Positions 1 to 17,790 are shown, counted from the first letter of the stretch. The stretch is 64,000 nt of DNA from the human T2T-CHM13v2.0 reference genome, Homo sapiens (GCF_009914755.1 NC_060942.1), one strand, 5' to 3'. Numbers and translations: made by a program. Notes: generated from the letters alone by a model not told the origin.

Positions 1-2508
1 ATCAATCCATGCCCTGAAGCATTCACGGATATTACTCTGTTAAAGAAGGTAATTGTTAAATGAATATGGACGTGAATTGGAGAAAATATTTTGTGCACCC
101 GCATAAACATGCTAGAGGATTTCACAACAACCAGATTAACAACCATTGGTACTATGAGTGGCAAGTAGCTACTTGGGAAGATTTATCTGATGGTAAGTGA
201 CTTGTTATAAATGGGATTCACTGACAAGGGTGGTGACCTCCTGACAAAAGTATGATTGGAATACAGCCAGTGATTCAGCAGTGTCCAAGAGATTCATGCT
301 GAGTGTTGAATAGCAAAGGGTGGCCTGGAGAGAAGAGGTCTGGGAAGGCTGGGAGAGTGGGCTTGGAAATGGGAGGAACTGTATTGAATAAAGGCAGAGG
401 CACTGGGACATGAGGAAGAAGTTACTTTGCAATGCTCCTGGTATCTGGGGCGGGATTGGTTTCTCAAATATTCGTTGTGACCAGATTGCAAATTTGTTGT
501 GGGTTTGAACTTCCCTGAATTGAATCTGAGGATCTTTCTAGGTTCTGAAGAAATTGGCAAAATTTTATCCTTAAGGCCAAGTGGAGCTACTGATGAATTT
601 CAAATGATTAAGTGAAAATCAGTGTAGTGTTTCTGCAGGAGCATTCTGGGCACAGCGTGGGGAACTCACTGGGGGAGAGCAGGCTGCACAAAGAGATTGG
701 TGCAGGGCTTTCGCTGGTCCAGGAAGGAGTGGAGGGGGCCTGACTGAAGCAGGGGAAGACAGAAGGGAAAGTACAGGGAGGTGCTGAGAATGCAGGAGGC
801 TGTGGTTTGTAGGACAATGACTGGATTGCATGGTGACAAAGACAAAGGGGCCTGAGGTGATTCTCTGGCAATCAGTAACCTGGGGCCAGTCAGTAAGCTC
901 CTGGATGTATCTATGGGTCAGGCAGATGGAAATTCCCATAGTCAGTTGGATAGGCACTTCTGGAACTCCAATACCTGTAGGTGATGGTTGAAGCTCTAGT
1001 TTAGAGGCCCTAACCCAGGAAAAATAAACTGCATGGGCAGAGAACTGGCTGGGGAAAACCAGCAAGAGAATGTACAGAACTTTCATCTCATGAAATGAAG
1101 AAACTGAGAACATCACCCACATTTCAAGTCAATGAACCTTGACATCAGTTATCATCAAGTGTGACTGTTTCTCAGGCTAGAGTGGACTTAGGTGGTATGA
1201 GGGCTCTGGAAGAAACAAGCTGTTTACTATGGGAATGGAAGCGAACATACCTCAGATGGAAAGGTTCAAGTTCCTAGTTGAATCTTTTACTTGCTTTGGG
1301 AATTTTCTTTCAGGGCCAAGTTTCCCTTTGACCTGTCCAAACCCCACATCTCCTGTAAGATGCACCTTCTCCTCTGTGTTCTGAATGTTCACAGCACTTT
1401 CTAAGGCTCGATTTTTGCTGGCAGTCCACGCAGGCATGGGTGTGGGTCATCCAGCTAGAGAATAAGCATTTCTCTCTATAGCCCTCTGCAACTCCCAGGA
1501 TCCCTTTGGAGATGGAGCAGGGGCTATCTAAGGAGTACTAAGCTGGGTTGATCAAATGCAGCCATGGAAAGAGAAATGAGATTATTTTTTCTTGATAAGA
1601 GCCTGTGGAGGCAGCCTGGTGGTAACTCTTCATTGATGAAGGTTGAACAAATAGGGAAGTGAAACTCTGAAGATGTACATTGAAGAGGCCAAAGAAAGCC
1701 TGGGCACATTTGGGATGATTCTGTGTAGCCTAAATGCCTTTGATCGTCCCGAGAGAGCGTACTTCCCAAAGACATGATAGCTCAGTGAGGAATCCAGAGA
1801 CTATTATATCACACTTCAGGAGTACTCAATTACCATATCCACATGGCCCCAGATAAATAATTTCATTCCTGAGGTTTTTTTTTTTTTTTTCCAGCCATGT
1901 GGTTCTGGTTTTATAAACATGAGATTAAAAACTGACTAGAGATGAGCCCTCATAAGGAGGTGGCTGGTCAGGGCCTGTGGGGTGCAGGTATTTGTCTCCC
2001 AGGGGTCCTTGGATAGAGCAGGGATGGTGGGGGTGGGCATGTCACGACTGCATGCATGTGGGCAGGCCTTCTGGTATGAAACACATACTGAATTACCAGA
2101 CTTCAGAAGCTATTTTTTCTTTTCTATATATTTTTTCATTCATAACAAGCTTTGCAAAACTGCCTTCCAAATGGAGGGTCAAATAATTTTGATCATGAGA
2201 TCAGGAAAAAACAACTATGAAGTACCTTGGACTCTACCTTTGTTTTTGTTTGCATTTATGGACTTGGGTCCACATCCATGATAGCTCATGTCTATAAGTA
2301 AATGAGCAAGCCACCAGATCTCTAGAAGAGAAGCCCCCAATACTAGGTGTGTTATTTCAGAGTAGCCTTACATTAAAAGACTTCTTAGTCAATAGTGACA
2401 TCTTATGACCTTTGATATTACAGTTACTGATTTTGTTGAGACAGGAATACTGTCTTCTGGGACTAAAGGAACAAAATCATATTCATTTGTTCATCTAACT
2501 CCTATTTC

Positions 2509-2774
2509 ATTTTTGTTTTTGTTTGTTTTGGGGTTTTTCTGAGACAGAGTCTTGCTCTGTCACCCAGGCTGGAGTGCAGTGACACAATCTCAGCTCACTG
2601 CAACCTCCGCCTCCTGAGTTCATGTGAGCACATCCAGCTAATTTTTGTATTTTTAGTAGAGATGGGATTTTACCAAGTTGGCCAGGCTGGTCTTGAACTC
2701 TTGACCTCACGTGACCCGCCTGCCTCAGCCTCCCAAAGTGCTGGGATTACAGGTGTGAGGCACCGTACTAGGCC
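2509..2774 (-). mobile_element. Alu (AluS-like), antisense, with internal deletion in right arm
   Basis: Reverse Alu consensus, T-rich tail; target-site duplication (TSD) aactcctatttc at 2497-2508 and 2777-2788. Confidence 0.92.
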
Positions 2775-4479
2775 CCAACTCCTATTTCCTTGTGCCTCCC
2801 ATGTTCTTGGATCTGAGAATACAGTGGTGAACATGAACCTTACAAAACATACAGTTTCATAAGACAGAGTGCAAATATTATAGCAAGTAAATATGAGTAG
2901 CTTTAGAAGAGGGCTTTTGAAGCGAGCCAGCAGGCCCATGTGGTAGATAGAGGGTTACAGGGATATGAGAATATATCCTTGAGGAGACCCTCCAGAAGTG
3001 CACAAGGATGTGGACAGGGAGAGGCATTACTGCATCCCTGTGGTACAGCATGGCAAACAATTGGGGACTAGCTAGATCAGTAAAACGTCTACTTTTGGAT
3101 GATTTATGTTGTGGATGCCACCAGCAGGTAGAAGAAATGCACAATACCAATACCAGAAGTGCTAACGTAGTTGTCAAATCATTTGCTATGTAAAAAGATT
3201 GTAGAATAATATGTTTTTTTTAAAATCTAGATGTTTATTCACCAAATGTATAACAGTGGTTATTTCTGGTCAAAGGAGACTTAACTGTTATCAGTAGTAG
3301 TATAAGCATACTTCCTTTCTCAAAGGGAGTATGAATTCCTGTAAGTAAATATTCATTAAAAATAGCAAAAACTCTTTAGAAAAGAGAAAAGTGTGATGGG
3401 GCTGGTCCAGAAAACCTCCTCAGGCATTTAGGTTGAGTCCCAAAGGATGAGAAGAGTAAGAGAAGAGCTCCCCAGGCCAAGGGCATGCCATGTGCAATGG
3501 CAAAGGGAGAAAGGGGCTTGGTATATCTGGGTATCTAATAGGCATCTTGGGAGGTGAGGCTGTAGCGTGTGGCCAGAAACAGGTGGCATAGGGTGGAGAT
3601 GAGGTTGCACAGTGAGCAGACCAGGTCCTGCAGGGCCTGGGAAACCACAGCACAGAGTCCGGTTATTAGTCAGCATGTGAGGCTCAGTTGTGCACATTTG
3701 AAAAGCTGCCTATCTGCCTGCCTGCTTGGTGGGGATCGGATTGGAGGCAAGGGAGAGTGGCAGCAGGGACATAGGTCGTGGCTATTGATGCCAAGCTACT
3801 GGGAAACATTGATAACTTAGACCAGGGTAGTCTCAACCCTGCCAAGCATCTAAAATAACCCATGTTCAGGTTCTACCCCAGAACAATTGAATGCAGTTTC
3901 TGAAAGGAGGGCCTGAGCATTCACCTTTTAAAATAATATGCCTTAAGGATGCGAATCTCTAGGCTGGAGGTTGCCAGTGGTGTGGAGAGGCAGGAAGCGT
4001 TGAGGCATTCATTAGAGACAGTGTCAGTCACCCCCATTGCTGGACCTCCCAAGACCACCCTCAACAGCCTTGAGCTTGTCCTGGTTTAGGAGGGTGGTCT
4101 CTTCCCATAAGTGAAAAACAAACATGAGATTAGTCATTGTACAACTTCTGGAAGTGACAAAACATGTCTCATGTCCACACAACTGGATTTTTTAGTTATA
4201 ACAGCCAGAACTGGAGTCTTCCATTCCAGTGTATTTTCCTTCATTTTAAGGGTGAAATAAGACCTGGATCCACCAAGGTCTTGGGACAGATTGAAGAAAG
4301 ACCCTGAGCAGGGCTGTTTTTTGCCTCTGAAGGCTGCCTTCCTGAAATCTCATGAGGGGACTATGCTTAGTTCCTGCTGTTTCCACAGTTCTTAGGAAAA
4401 TGCAGCCTATCTTCATCCTAATTTCTCTGTCAACTTCTGCTCTGTCAACTTCTGAGGGACATTTAAAGCAACGAATATT

Positions 4480-5089
<610 letters not shown>

Positions 5090-6880
5090 TCATAGTCTGT
5101 AGTTATCACTAGATCCATTTGTTTTACACCTGAATAAATCTGTAACCCCAGTTACTAATTGTGCTTTTTTTCTGTTGATGTTTGTACTCTGCAGACTTGA
5201 ATTCCATTATGTTAAATTACTCCATGTTTCAGCAGAAATAATATGCTTGACCCTTTAATATTTATTTGATTCTAAAACAAAATAGCAAAATAATGGCTTA
5301 TGTATTAAGGTACTAGCCCATAGTCCAGCTTCTTGGGTATATTAGGGATCCATGAGCTATACTTTATACTCCTCCTAAACTTTGCATGCTACAGGGACAA
5401 TAAATACTTTCCTGTCTAACTTTGGGTTCTCACCATGGAAACATCAGAGCAACAGCTGGGCTCTGTTAGATGTCTTTTCATTCTCTTGGCTGGTAAAATC
5501 TTTTGCAGAAACTTTAAAAAACTTGATGGCTAACAAAACTCTACTTTTAAGTGAAATCACTGATTCAAGTTGGCCAGATATTTGTCTTAACTGATTACGA
5601 TTGCTAATTGGAAGTTTTCAAATGTTACCTTGGGCCCTTGGTGACCTAGAAACAGCCTTAAAGTTAACAGAAAGTGTGAGTCACTGTGAGGCCAAGATCA
5701 AACTGCAATTTAAGGATTCAGTAACACAGAAGGCTGCAGACCAAGACTGGAGGGCCATGTTCTTTACCATAAATGTAACAAAATATTTCTATGAATATCT
5801 TATATGTCCTATGCATTTTATGGAACTAAATGGGACAGTTTAAATGTCTGCATTTTATCTAAACCTTAAGACGGCTTTTTGACTAGTTGCCACAAATGGG
5901 TCATAAGGCACTGCTCCTCCAGGCTTTCAGGACAGCAGGCAAGTCTGGGGTGACTGGGCTCTGGGCTGGTCTTCTGGGAGCTGTACGCAGCCTTGTCCAA
6001 TACGAGGCATTATTTTTCTCTGTGCTGTGTGAAAGAAGGATTGCCAAGCACGGTTCAGGAACCGTGCTTCGAAGGAACCGTGCAGTGATGAAAACAGTTT
6101 AGATTCTGCTTTAAGTTTCATGGGGTAGCCTGGCATGTTATAAAGGAGTCTGGCCTGGATGTTAGGAGATCAGAGTTCTTACTGGCAACCTGTTTGGTCT
6201 TGCCCTCTCCAGACCCCATCCTTCTTCTCTGCAACATGGGGAGATCTCTGAGGTCATCTCCAAGTAATTGTCAATCTTGCCCTTGGATCATGCATAGCAA
6301 GAGCCTCTGTGCCGAACGCTGTGCTAGGTCCTCAGGGCCATGGAACTGCAGCAGGCAGCAAATACTTATTGGATGTCCCTTGGAGCCAGGGCTCTGGGCA
6401 GGGTCTCCTGGAGAAACAGAGCAGGAAAAGTAACTCTAGTCAGGAAAAATGGCTCTTGCAAGGACTCCAAGAATGAAATGCCCTTGATGTTGGGTGGAAG
6501 CTTGATATATCAGTAGACTGTGTAAGGCTAGGGTGAGGAGGTTCACGAAGGGAAAGTGGAAGACGAAGTTGGAGAGGTGATAAGAGATTAGAGGTCAGCT
6601 AGGCAAACTAGACTTGATCCTAGGTCAGTAGACATGTTGCACAAGGGAATGTCATGTACAAAATTCCATCTTGTCCCTTACTCAGGTCCTCTTTGGCTTT
6701 AAACAGCCAAGTTTTGCTTCAACAGCATGGCAGAGTCTTTTTGGGTAGCTTGGGCCCCATGGGTTGAATACTTCCTGCTACAGTGAGTTGTTTAGTGTCT
6801 CTTCCCTCACTGGTCTGTAATCCAAGGATGGGGACTTTGTTTAGCCACTGCACCCCAGCATCTTTGCACATAAGTGCTCA

Positions 6881-7237
<357 letters not shown>

Positions 7238-7240
7238 TTA

Positions 7241-7522
7241 GTAAACGAATGCAGGAACAGAAAACCAAATACTGCCTCTTCTCACTTATACGTGGGAGCT
7301 AAATGATGAGAACACATGGACACATAGAGGGGAACAACAGATACTAGGACCTACCTGAGGGCAAAGGATGGGAGGAACGAGAGGAAGAGAAAAAAATAAC
7401 TATTAGATATTAGGCTTAGTACCTGGGTGAAGAAATATGTACAACAAACCCTTGTGATGTTGTTTACCTATATAACAGACATGTATATGTGTCCCTGAAC
7501 CTAAAATAAAAGTTTAAAAAAA
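7241..7522 (+). mobile_element. L1 3' end (older primate L1PA/L1PB type)
   Basis: caggaacagaaaaccaaatactgc...gtgggagctaaatgatgagaacacatgg...cctgaacctaaaataaaagtt matches L1 ORF2 end and 3'UTR. Confidence 0.85.
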
Positions 7523-7557
7523 TTGTTTCGTTACATATTTTAAAAATCCTAATTGTA

Positions 7558-7833
7558 GGCCAGGCGCAGTGGTTCATGCCTGTAATCCCAGCACTTTGGG
7601 AGGCTGAGGCAGGTGGATCACGAGGTCAGGAGATCGAGACCATCCTGGCTAACACGGTGAAACCCCGTCTCTACTAAAAATACAAAAAATTAGCCGGGCG
7701 TGGTGGCGGGTGCCTGTAGTTCCAGCTAGGAGGCGGAGCTTACGGTGAGCCGAGAGAGCGCCGCTGCACTCCAGCCTGGGCAAAAGAGCGAGACTCCGTC
7801 TCAAAAAAAAAAAAAAAAAAAAAAAAAAATTAA
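7558..7833 (+). mobile_element. AluY-like with right-arm internal deletion
   Basis: gagatcgagaccatcctggctaacacgg diagnostic; long poly-A; TSD aaaaatcctaattgta. Confidence 0.92.
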
Positions 7834-8464
7834 AAAAATCCTAATTGTACAGAGTTGGGTTAATTATAATCCTTTGTTCATGACACATTGTCATCACTGG
7901 TCTTTGCATGATTATCTTCTAGTTTATTTTATAAAATATTTACGAATATAATAGAACATCAAGGAGACTATGACCTAACCTAAAAAGCAAGGTGTTACTT
8001 CTAACTTCCATCTCTGTGCTTCCCAATCTCCCATCCCTAGGCCTGGGTAACCAATACTTAAATATGTGTTTATCACTGTCTTACGGGGTTTTATTGTGGG
8101 GGTTTTTTTCAGTATTTTTTTTTTACTTTTTTTTCTGTACTTCAATGGACGTATTTTTTAAAGTATTACACACATATGACACATTAGTTTATATAATTCT
8201 GATTTTCTGCACTTTGTTGTAAAATGTATGTTCTTCTTGGACTTGTTTTGGTCACTCAGCGTTATGTTTCTGGTGGTCGTCCATATTGTCACGTGAAGCT
8301 GGCAATATGGATTTTCACTGCCTGGAATTTACCACAATCTTTATCTATTTTTTCCCTTCAGAGGGCATTTGGGTCATTTCCAGCTTTTGACAATTACAGA
8401 TAGTGCTGCTGAGAACATTATTGGACTCTCATCCTAGTACACTGGTGCTTCAGTATCCCTAGGG

Positions 8465-8690
8465 AAGGTTTCTCAACCTCAGCACTGTTGACGTTTTGAA
8501 CTGAATAATTCTTTGTCGTGGGGGCTATTCTGTGCATTGTGGGATGTTTTACAGCATGCTTGTGTCAGCCCACTAGATGCCAATAGCATTCCCTGCCCTC
8601 CACCCCTGTTGTGACAACTAAAAATGTCTCCAGATGCTGACAAATGTCCCCTGGGGTTGGGGGCAGAATAACCCTGGTGCAGAATCGCTG
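8465..8690 (+). mobile_element. MER20 (hAT-Charlie DNA transposon) inserted in an old antisense L1M
   Basis: gtttctcaacctcagcactgttgac...cccactagatgcc...gtgacaactaaaaatgtctccaga matches MER20; 8-bp hAT-type TSD ccctaggg at 8457-8464 and 8691-8698. Confidence 0.88.
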
Positions 8691-10378
8691 CCCTAGGGTA
8701 TAGCAATACAACTTTTAGGTCATGATATTAATGTTTAATTTTACAAGATAGTGTTAATTATTTTGCCAGTTAAACCTATATATCCTCGTATCAACAATAT
8801 ATGAATTAGTTGACTTGCATTCTTTTCATCACTTGGTATCATTAGACTTCTAATTTTACCAAGTAGATAGAAAATGGTATCTCACTGTGGCCTTAATTCA
8901 TAGTGCCCTGATTGATAATCAGAATAAAATATCTCTTCATACCAGTTTGTTGGCTGTGTTCATGTATTTTGTTCATTTTATAGTTGTGTTTTTGAAGTTT
9001 AAAATATATTTTCATATATTCTTGATTTGAGTTTGTCTGTTAGATATATTGCAAATGTCTGCTCCCAGTGTATTGCTCAACTTTTTCTCATTCTGATTGC
9101 TTTGGTCTTAGAACATACTTTAACATTATTTTGAATGTTTGTATCGTGTTTCTGAAAGAGCTCAGCAACATTCATTTTCCTTTTGGTGTTTGGAAGCCCG
9201 AGAAACATGACCCATTAGCCTGAGACCCAAATCCGAGGCATTACATTGGCTTTGTTGGAAACTACGCCCCAAAGAACTGGTCAGGCTGCAGGCCTCTGGG
9301 TTGCTTTTCCAACTTGAAAACGGTGACCTCAAATCTGGGACTGTTTGCGGTGAAAAGGAAGATACCTAATGGATTTGGAACAGGCCTGGGCCCTGGAGTA
9401 ACTCCTTATCAATCACAAGCAAAAGACCTGTGGAGGTATTGGAAAGCCAAAGGCCAAACACCCAGAATTCCTTAGCACAATATAAACACAATTAAGTTAC
9501 GCTTTATAAGAAAATCTAGTTTGAGAAAAAGCAAAGTTGTCAGAATTAATTATTCAGTCTTAAATATTATTAGCATAAAAATCATTTCATTTGACTGATT
9601 TTATCATAGACTGGAACTAAATAAAATCAAGCCTCGAAAGTCCTGTGCCCTAGGAGAGGATATTTCCTTCTCCACCCCTTTGCATTATAGGCAAGGCCAG
9701 TGATCTGGTCATAGGGCATCCTGGACGTAGGCCCTCCAAGTGGGTCATTGTGCTGTCTGCCCTTGGTTCTGCCCTGCCACTTATGATAGCAAAGCTACAA
9801 CACATACATCATATGAAGATTTATTGTGGGATCTGAGGATGTTGAGCCCAAAGAGAAGACAGCTTGGGATGTAGGTTCAGATAGCTGTCTTTAAATATCT
9901 GTGAGACAGCCATTTGGAAAAGAGTTGGATCAAAAAGACAAAGTGCTTTTACATATTAATGCATTCCTCCTAGGGGATAGGTACTGTTAGTGCCCCATGT
10001 AGGGATGAGTAAAGTGGGGTCCAAGGTCACAGGGCTCAAAAGTGGTGACTCTGAAGACCAGACCCAGGCAGTCTGGCTCCAGAACCTCTCCAGCTCTACC
10101 TGGGAGAGTAAATGGAATCAAGGAATTTTGGAGGGAGGGGCTCAGTGTTTTGTTTTAAAGAGGAGAGGCCCATCGGTTGGCAAGGTGGAGGGCATTTTGT
10201 GTGGACCAGAAGTAATAACACCTGCAAACTCCTGATCAAGCTGAGGGAAGGTGGCCTCATGATGGAGCTTGTAGGTATAGTTTGGCAGCTGTGGGAGCAC
10301 ATGGAGGAAAAGAAGACTGAGGCTGGTAGGGGGTGGTGTGTATGAGGGTATACTATGCCAAGCTCAGAAGGATGGCTG

Positions 10379-10656
10379 AGTCCGGGCATGGTGGCTTTGG
10401 GAGGCTGAGGTGGGTGGATCACTTGAGGTTAGGAGTTCAAGACCAGCCTGGCAAACATGGTAAAAACTCATCTCTACTAAAAATACAAAAATATTCATCC
10501 ATGGTGGCATATGCCTGTAGTCCCAGCTATTCGGAAGGCTGAGGCACGAGAATCACTTGAACTCAGGAATCAGAGGCTGCAGTGAACCAAGATGGTGAGA
10601 TTGTGCCACTGCACCTCAGCCTGGGTGACAGAGTGAGACTCTGTCTCAAAAAAAAA
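10379..10656 (+). mobile_element. Alu (AluS/J-like), short left-arm deletion
   Basis: Alu consensus; TSD gaaggatggct. Confidence 0.9.
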
Positions 10657-10809
10657 GGAAGGATGGCTTAGATGTGCTTGTTTGTGGCTTCTGCCATGAC
10701 AGGAGGGATGCTATCTCACTGCTCTCCTTGTTTCTGCTAGAGGCACCCCGAGTCCAGATCCATCTCTCCCTTCTTAGTTACATAATTCTCAATCCCTCTA
10801 CCTACCTCT

Positions 10810-13220
<2,411 letters not shown>

Positions 13221-13669
13221 AAAAGGAAAAAACAGCTGAAGGACAGTGGGATGACAGAGTTAAAGATCCTGGTAGATGATGCCTGGAGTGAGACATGGTG
13301 GATCCGTAAGGATTGAAAGCAAGAAGATGCTGGGGGCATTGAGAAAGTAGAGGATGCACATGCATTAGGAGGTGAAGAATTTGGGTGAGAGGAAAGGAAT
13401 GAGAGATTTGGGTGAATGGGGGCTTGTGGTCAGGGGTGGGAAGGTTGGATGTAAGATTTCCAAGGTGGGCTAGTTATGTACGATGGTGAGGTCTAGAGTG
13501 GGAGGGGCTAAAGGTGGAGGTCACTGGAGTTCAGCAAGGCAAGGGATTGAGAAGCCCAGCAGGGCATTGAACAGGTGTTCCATGTGGACCATGACCACAT
13601 AAGTCGGTTGTTGACAGGACTTAGAGACCAGAGAAAGAGAATGTCCCAGTTTTTAAAGTTTTTAGTCTG

Positions 13670-14040
13670 TACTTAGCTGCAAGGACAAAACCCAATTGAA
13701 ACCACCCTAAGCAACAACGAGAATTTATTATTTTCCATTAGTGAAAGGCTAGGGTAGAGCTCCAGAATTGCTGGATACAGGCATTAAAATGGTCGGGGGG
13801 ACTGCTTTCCTCTCCTTTTCTCCCAGTTTCAACTATGTTTTTCTTGGACTCAGGGTGTCCTTATAGTGAGTCATCCCTGATGGTACCAGGAGAAACCCCA
13901 GGTGTGATATGAATTGGCCCCACTTGGACTATGTGCTACCCTTGAAGTGGGAGTGGAACTGCACCCCTGAAACACACTCATTGAAAATCAGGGGTGGCCA
14001 TTCATTGAGAATAAGGGGTGGCATACCAAAACCATAGGTC
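13670..14040. mobile_element. Probable MLT1 (MaLR) LTR remnant
   Basis: Resembles old MLT1 LTR start (ttagctgcaagg...aaaacccaattgaaac...gaatttatt); degenerate. Confidence 0.4.
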
Positions 14041-14536
14041 CACCGTGGAAGTTAGTCCATGCCAAATTGGCCTGACCCTTGGTGATTTCTAATCAAGAGG
14101 GATGCAGTAAAGATGTGAGGACTCTGGTTGCTGCAGCAGCTGGTCATCACCAAAAACCTTTACTGGATGATTCTGTGTGGAGGAGAAAAACCACAGAGGA
14201 GGTCTGCCCATGGCCAGAAGCTTCTGTGAATTGCATGTAGGGGGTGCAGGGTAGTGGCATCTAGCCAGCTTGACAAAGAAATTTGGCCTTTTCTGCTTTC
14301 TTACATCTCCACCCGACGTTTAAAGTCCCACATTTCAGAACTGTCTCTTGTCTCCTAACAGACTGAGTGTGCTTTTCTTCATTTCAGCCAGCTGGGTGGT
14401 TTTTTTTTTTTTAATTATTATTATTTCGTTGTTGTTGTTGTTGTTGTTTTTGCTTCATCTTCCTGTTTGTCTGTAATGCTCATCTCACTTTTCCATGTTG
14501 TCTGTGTGCATTTCTCTTTTCCTGGCTTTGTCTCAG

Positions 14537-14626
14537 GGAGGAGGAGGAGGAAGAGGAGCAGCCAATCACGGAGCCCAGTTCCGAAGAAGAGAGAGAGGAT
14601 GATGCTTCCTGTCAGGGCAAGGACAG
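14537..14626 (+). CDS. FHOD3: FHOD3 exon 11 (90 nt; first exon of cardiac-specific insert), (R)EEEEEEEQPITEPSSEEEREDDASCQGKD(S)
   Basis: Polypyrimidine tract ending ...tgtctcAG|GGAG; donor ACAG|GTACCT; phase 2/2; continues in frame into 17791. Peptide recognised as FHOD3. Confidence 0.93.
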
Positions 14627-16684
14627 GTACCTAGGACTGGAGCCTCCCAAGCTCACACTAAAAGTGGGAGACTCCTTCCTAATGATAGTTCACTGCCTTC
14701 TAGTGGCCACCTCCCTTCCTCATTGACTCCCACTTGCAAACTCTTACTTACCCTGTTCACAGAGCCACAGAACCACTGGTTTTGTAGAAATACCTGAGCA
14801 TGTTTTCATTAGAGAACTGCACTTTTTATTGAAATCCTACCTTCCTAACCACACTTTATGGAAAAAATCACTGGTTTTCTCCTCACCTTTCCCTCCCTCA
14901 TTGAATGCTTTAGCTCAACCAGATTGATGGTGACTAAAAAGGCTCATCTCCCCTAAGAAGATTCTTGCCCTTTCAGCATTGCAGTAAGAAGAATTCCATA
15001 TGTTCCTTTCTTCCTGATTTTACCAGCACAATATTAGCTAAAATGTGTGGATAACTACTATATTAATGATTCAGGTTTGTTTTATATCCAAACAGGAAAA
15101 TTTTCACCCCATGCATCATAGCAAAATTTCCCAGTATTTATTTTCACACCAAGACAACTAACATATAACTCTATAGCCCTTTGGGGAGTTTGCTGTCATC
15201 TACTCACCTCCTCTGCATGGTGCTTTCTTTCTATCCTCAGGCAACGCTGACAGACATGGGCACCTTGCAGATATTTTAAAATTCTGTAGATATTTTCCCC
15301 AAATCATGTCTGTATAAAACAGTAAAAATTGCTCATGGGTAGTTTCATTTTCCAGTATTCAGAAATAATTCTAAAATTGAATGGTTTTCTTCACTTAATT
15401 GATTGCCACTGCAAATGGACATTTTTACTTTTTTTTTTTTCCTACAAATAAGCAAAATCAAATGGATCTTGGATGAATCCAAGTAAAATCTTTGCCAACT
15501 TTAGATTTAATGGAGTCTTTGCTACTGATGCCTCATCTGCCAGGCTAGCAGTGCACACAGAAGTTCTCAGATGGGCTCATTTGACACGCAGACTCCTGCC
15601 ATGCCCGGGGGTCATAGAATCTTCTCTGAACTGACAAACTAATGATTGCTTGCCCCTATTTGGAAATGACTGAGAAGAAGCCAGCAGGATGTGGAGAGAA
15701 AAGGAATGAGCTGATGATAGAGAATTAGCCACACATTTCAGGAAAGATCAGCATGAAACAGAGACCCTGCCGTGCTTAGAGCTAGTGATTGATTACTTAG
15801 AGGTGCTCTGGGAAGGGAGGATGTTTGGTCGCCATCCCACCTTCAGTTGAAAATGAGCTGTAGGAAATTCTGTAGGCTATCACTGAAACAGGGATATGCC
15901 TCCCTATCTGCTGAAAGGTGCATGTTCTGCCCACCTGCACAAACCCTTAAACCCTCAGGTATGCACATGCTTCTGCACCTTCAGACCAGATGGAAGAATC
16001 TGGCTGGAAAAGGCGGCCTTCAAAGGCATCCCTGTTAATGGTGTGCTGTCTCTACCTAGGATTTTTATTATACAGGTAGATGATTGTTTATCTTATGCCT
16101 GGAAGAGTCTCTGACTCCACAAAGTGATGCCAGAGGGCATCCTTTACCAGAGACCATTAGGCTTTTCAGTTTTAGGAAATAAACATGTGCATGTTAAATA
16201 ACAGAGCTTGATCTTGGTAGTACCTAGGTATTCATTAACCTTCATCTGGATGTTATTTGTTCTCTGGCGTAAACTTCTGAGACCGTAAAGGATTTCCCCT
16301 TCCTTCTGTTGGGTTGGTGTCTCTGCTGCCCTGCTTCCTGCTGACTTCTGCTTAGTGTGTGCTCCCCGCCTGAGGCACTGCCCTCAGCTCGCTACAGCAT
16401 GTCCATCTTCCCATCAATCCAGGGAAACTGTTGGGTGCCTGCCCTTATGTACAAGCAGAGCTCTGAATTTGAGGCGGGAAAGAAGACAGCTCACATTCCA
16501 TGTTCACACGAACATGGCTGGGAGTCAATTTCTCTGAGAGAGGACTGGAAAAATGCAAAGTTTAACATAGATTCCCAGGTTATAAATGTATGTGTTAAAA
16601 TATCCAAGGGTCTAAACCCAGCCCCCTGAAGATGGAAAGCTCTTTTTATAGTTTTATAATATTTAATGGACAAATTAAAAATTA

Positions 16685-16983
<299 letters not shown>

Positions 16984-17790
16984 TGTATATATTTAAGGTT
17001 TACAAAGTGATGATTTGATATATGTATACATTGCATAATGATGACCACAATCAATGAACATGTCTATCACCTCCCATAGTTACTGTGTGTGGAGGGACTG
17101 AGGTCAGGATTTTATACCTGGAGGCAGAATCAGGCCTGTCTGAAGGCGTCTGAATGTCACAGGTGTAGTGGGAGGCCCTGGAGAAAGTATGAAACGGGCA
17201 AAATTTGTCTTTTTTGTCCTGGCCCCTCTTTTTAGCTCTTTGCCTTCCTCGCTGGCATTTTTTCTCCTTTTCTCTTAGCCATACCTGCTGTCACAAAAGG
17301 TTCTGGAAGCAGTCACTAAAGTGTATGGCTTTGTGGGATACCTCTTCCTCAAGGTTGGGCTTTTTAGCAGGAGGACAGATCTGCTATTTGACCAAGACAG
17401 AGATGAAGTTCCAGTCGTGGAAATTCAGATGCCAACACCAGCAGCAGGGAGAAACATGGGAGGTGCCGGGTGCAGAAGAGTCTTTGGGGCTCCAGTAAAT
17501 TCCCAAAGTCTCTTACACCTAGAGGCCAGGTTTGGCCTGAGAGCCACCTCCTTGCCCTCTATAAGTCTTACCTCCTGGTTTGACAAACTCAGCATGTCAG
17601 GATTGCTTGGGCAAACCAAAGCTGCTGGTGACAGGCTTTTATGCTTCAGTTCAAGAAACACAGCTTGACTTTGAAGTGAGTGATAATAGTACAGAAGTGG
17701 CTTTTTGCCTGTCTCTCTTTTTCCTAACCTTTGCTCCTTCTCTCCCAAATCTTTTTTTCTTCTTCCTCCTCCTCCCTGCTGGCCCAACAG

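Noticed and set aside
3356-3365. MEF2-like site TTAAAAATAG
   Set aside because: Single AT-rich 10-mer expected by chance in 64 kb; no motif cluster seen.
17705-17790. In-frame 5' extension of exon 12 in the ORF track
   Set aside because: Starts at TTG and translates the polypyrimidine tract; the real exon begins after the AG at 17790.
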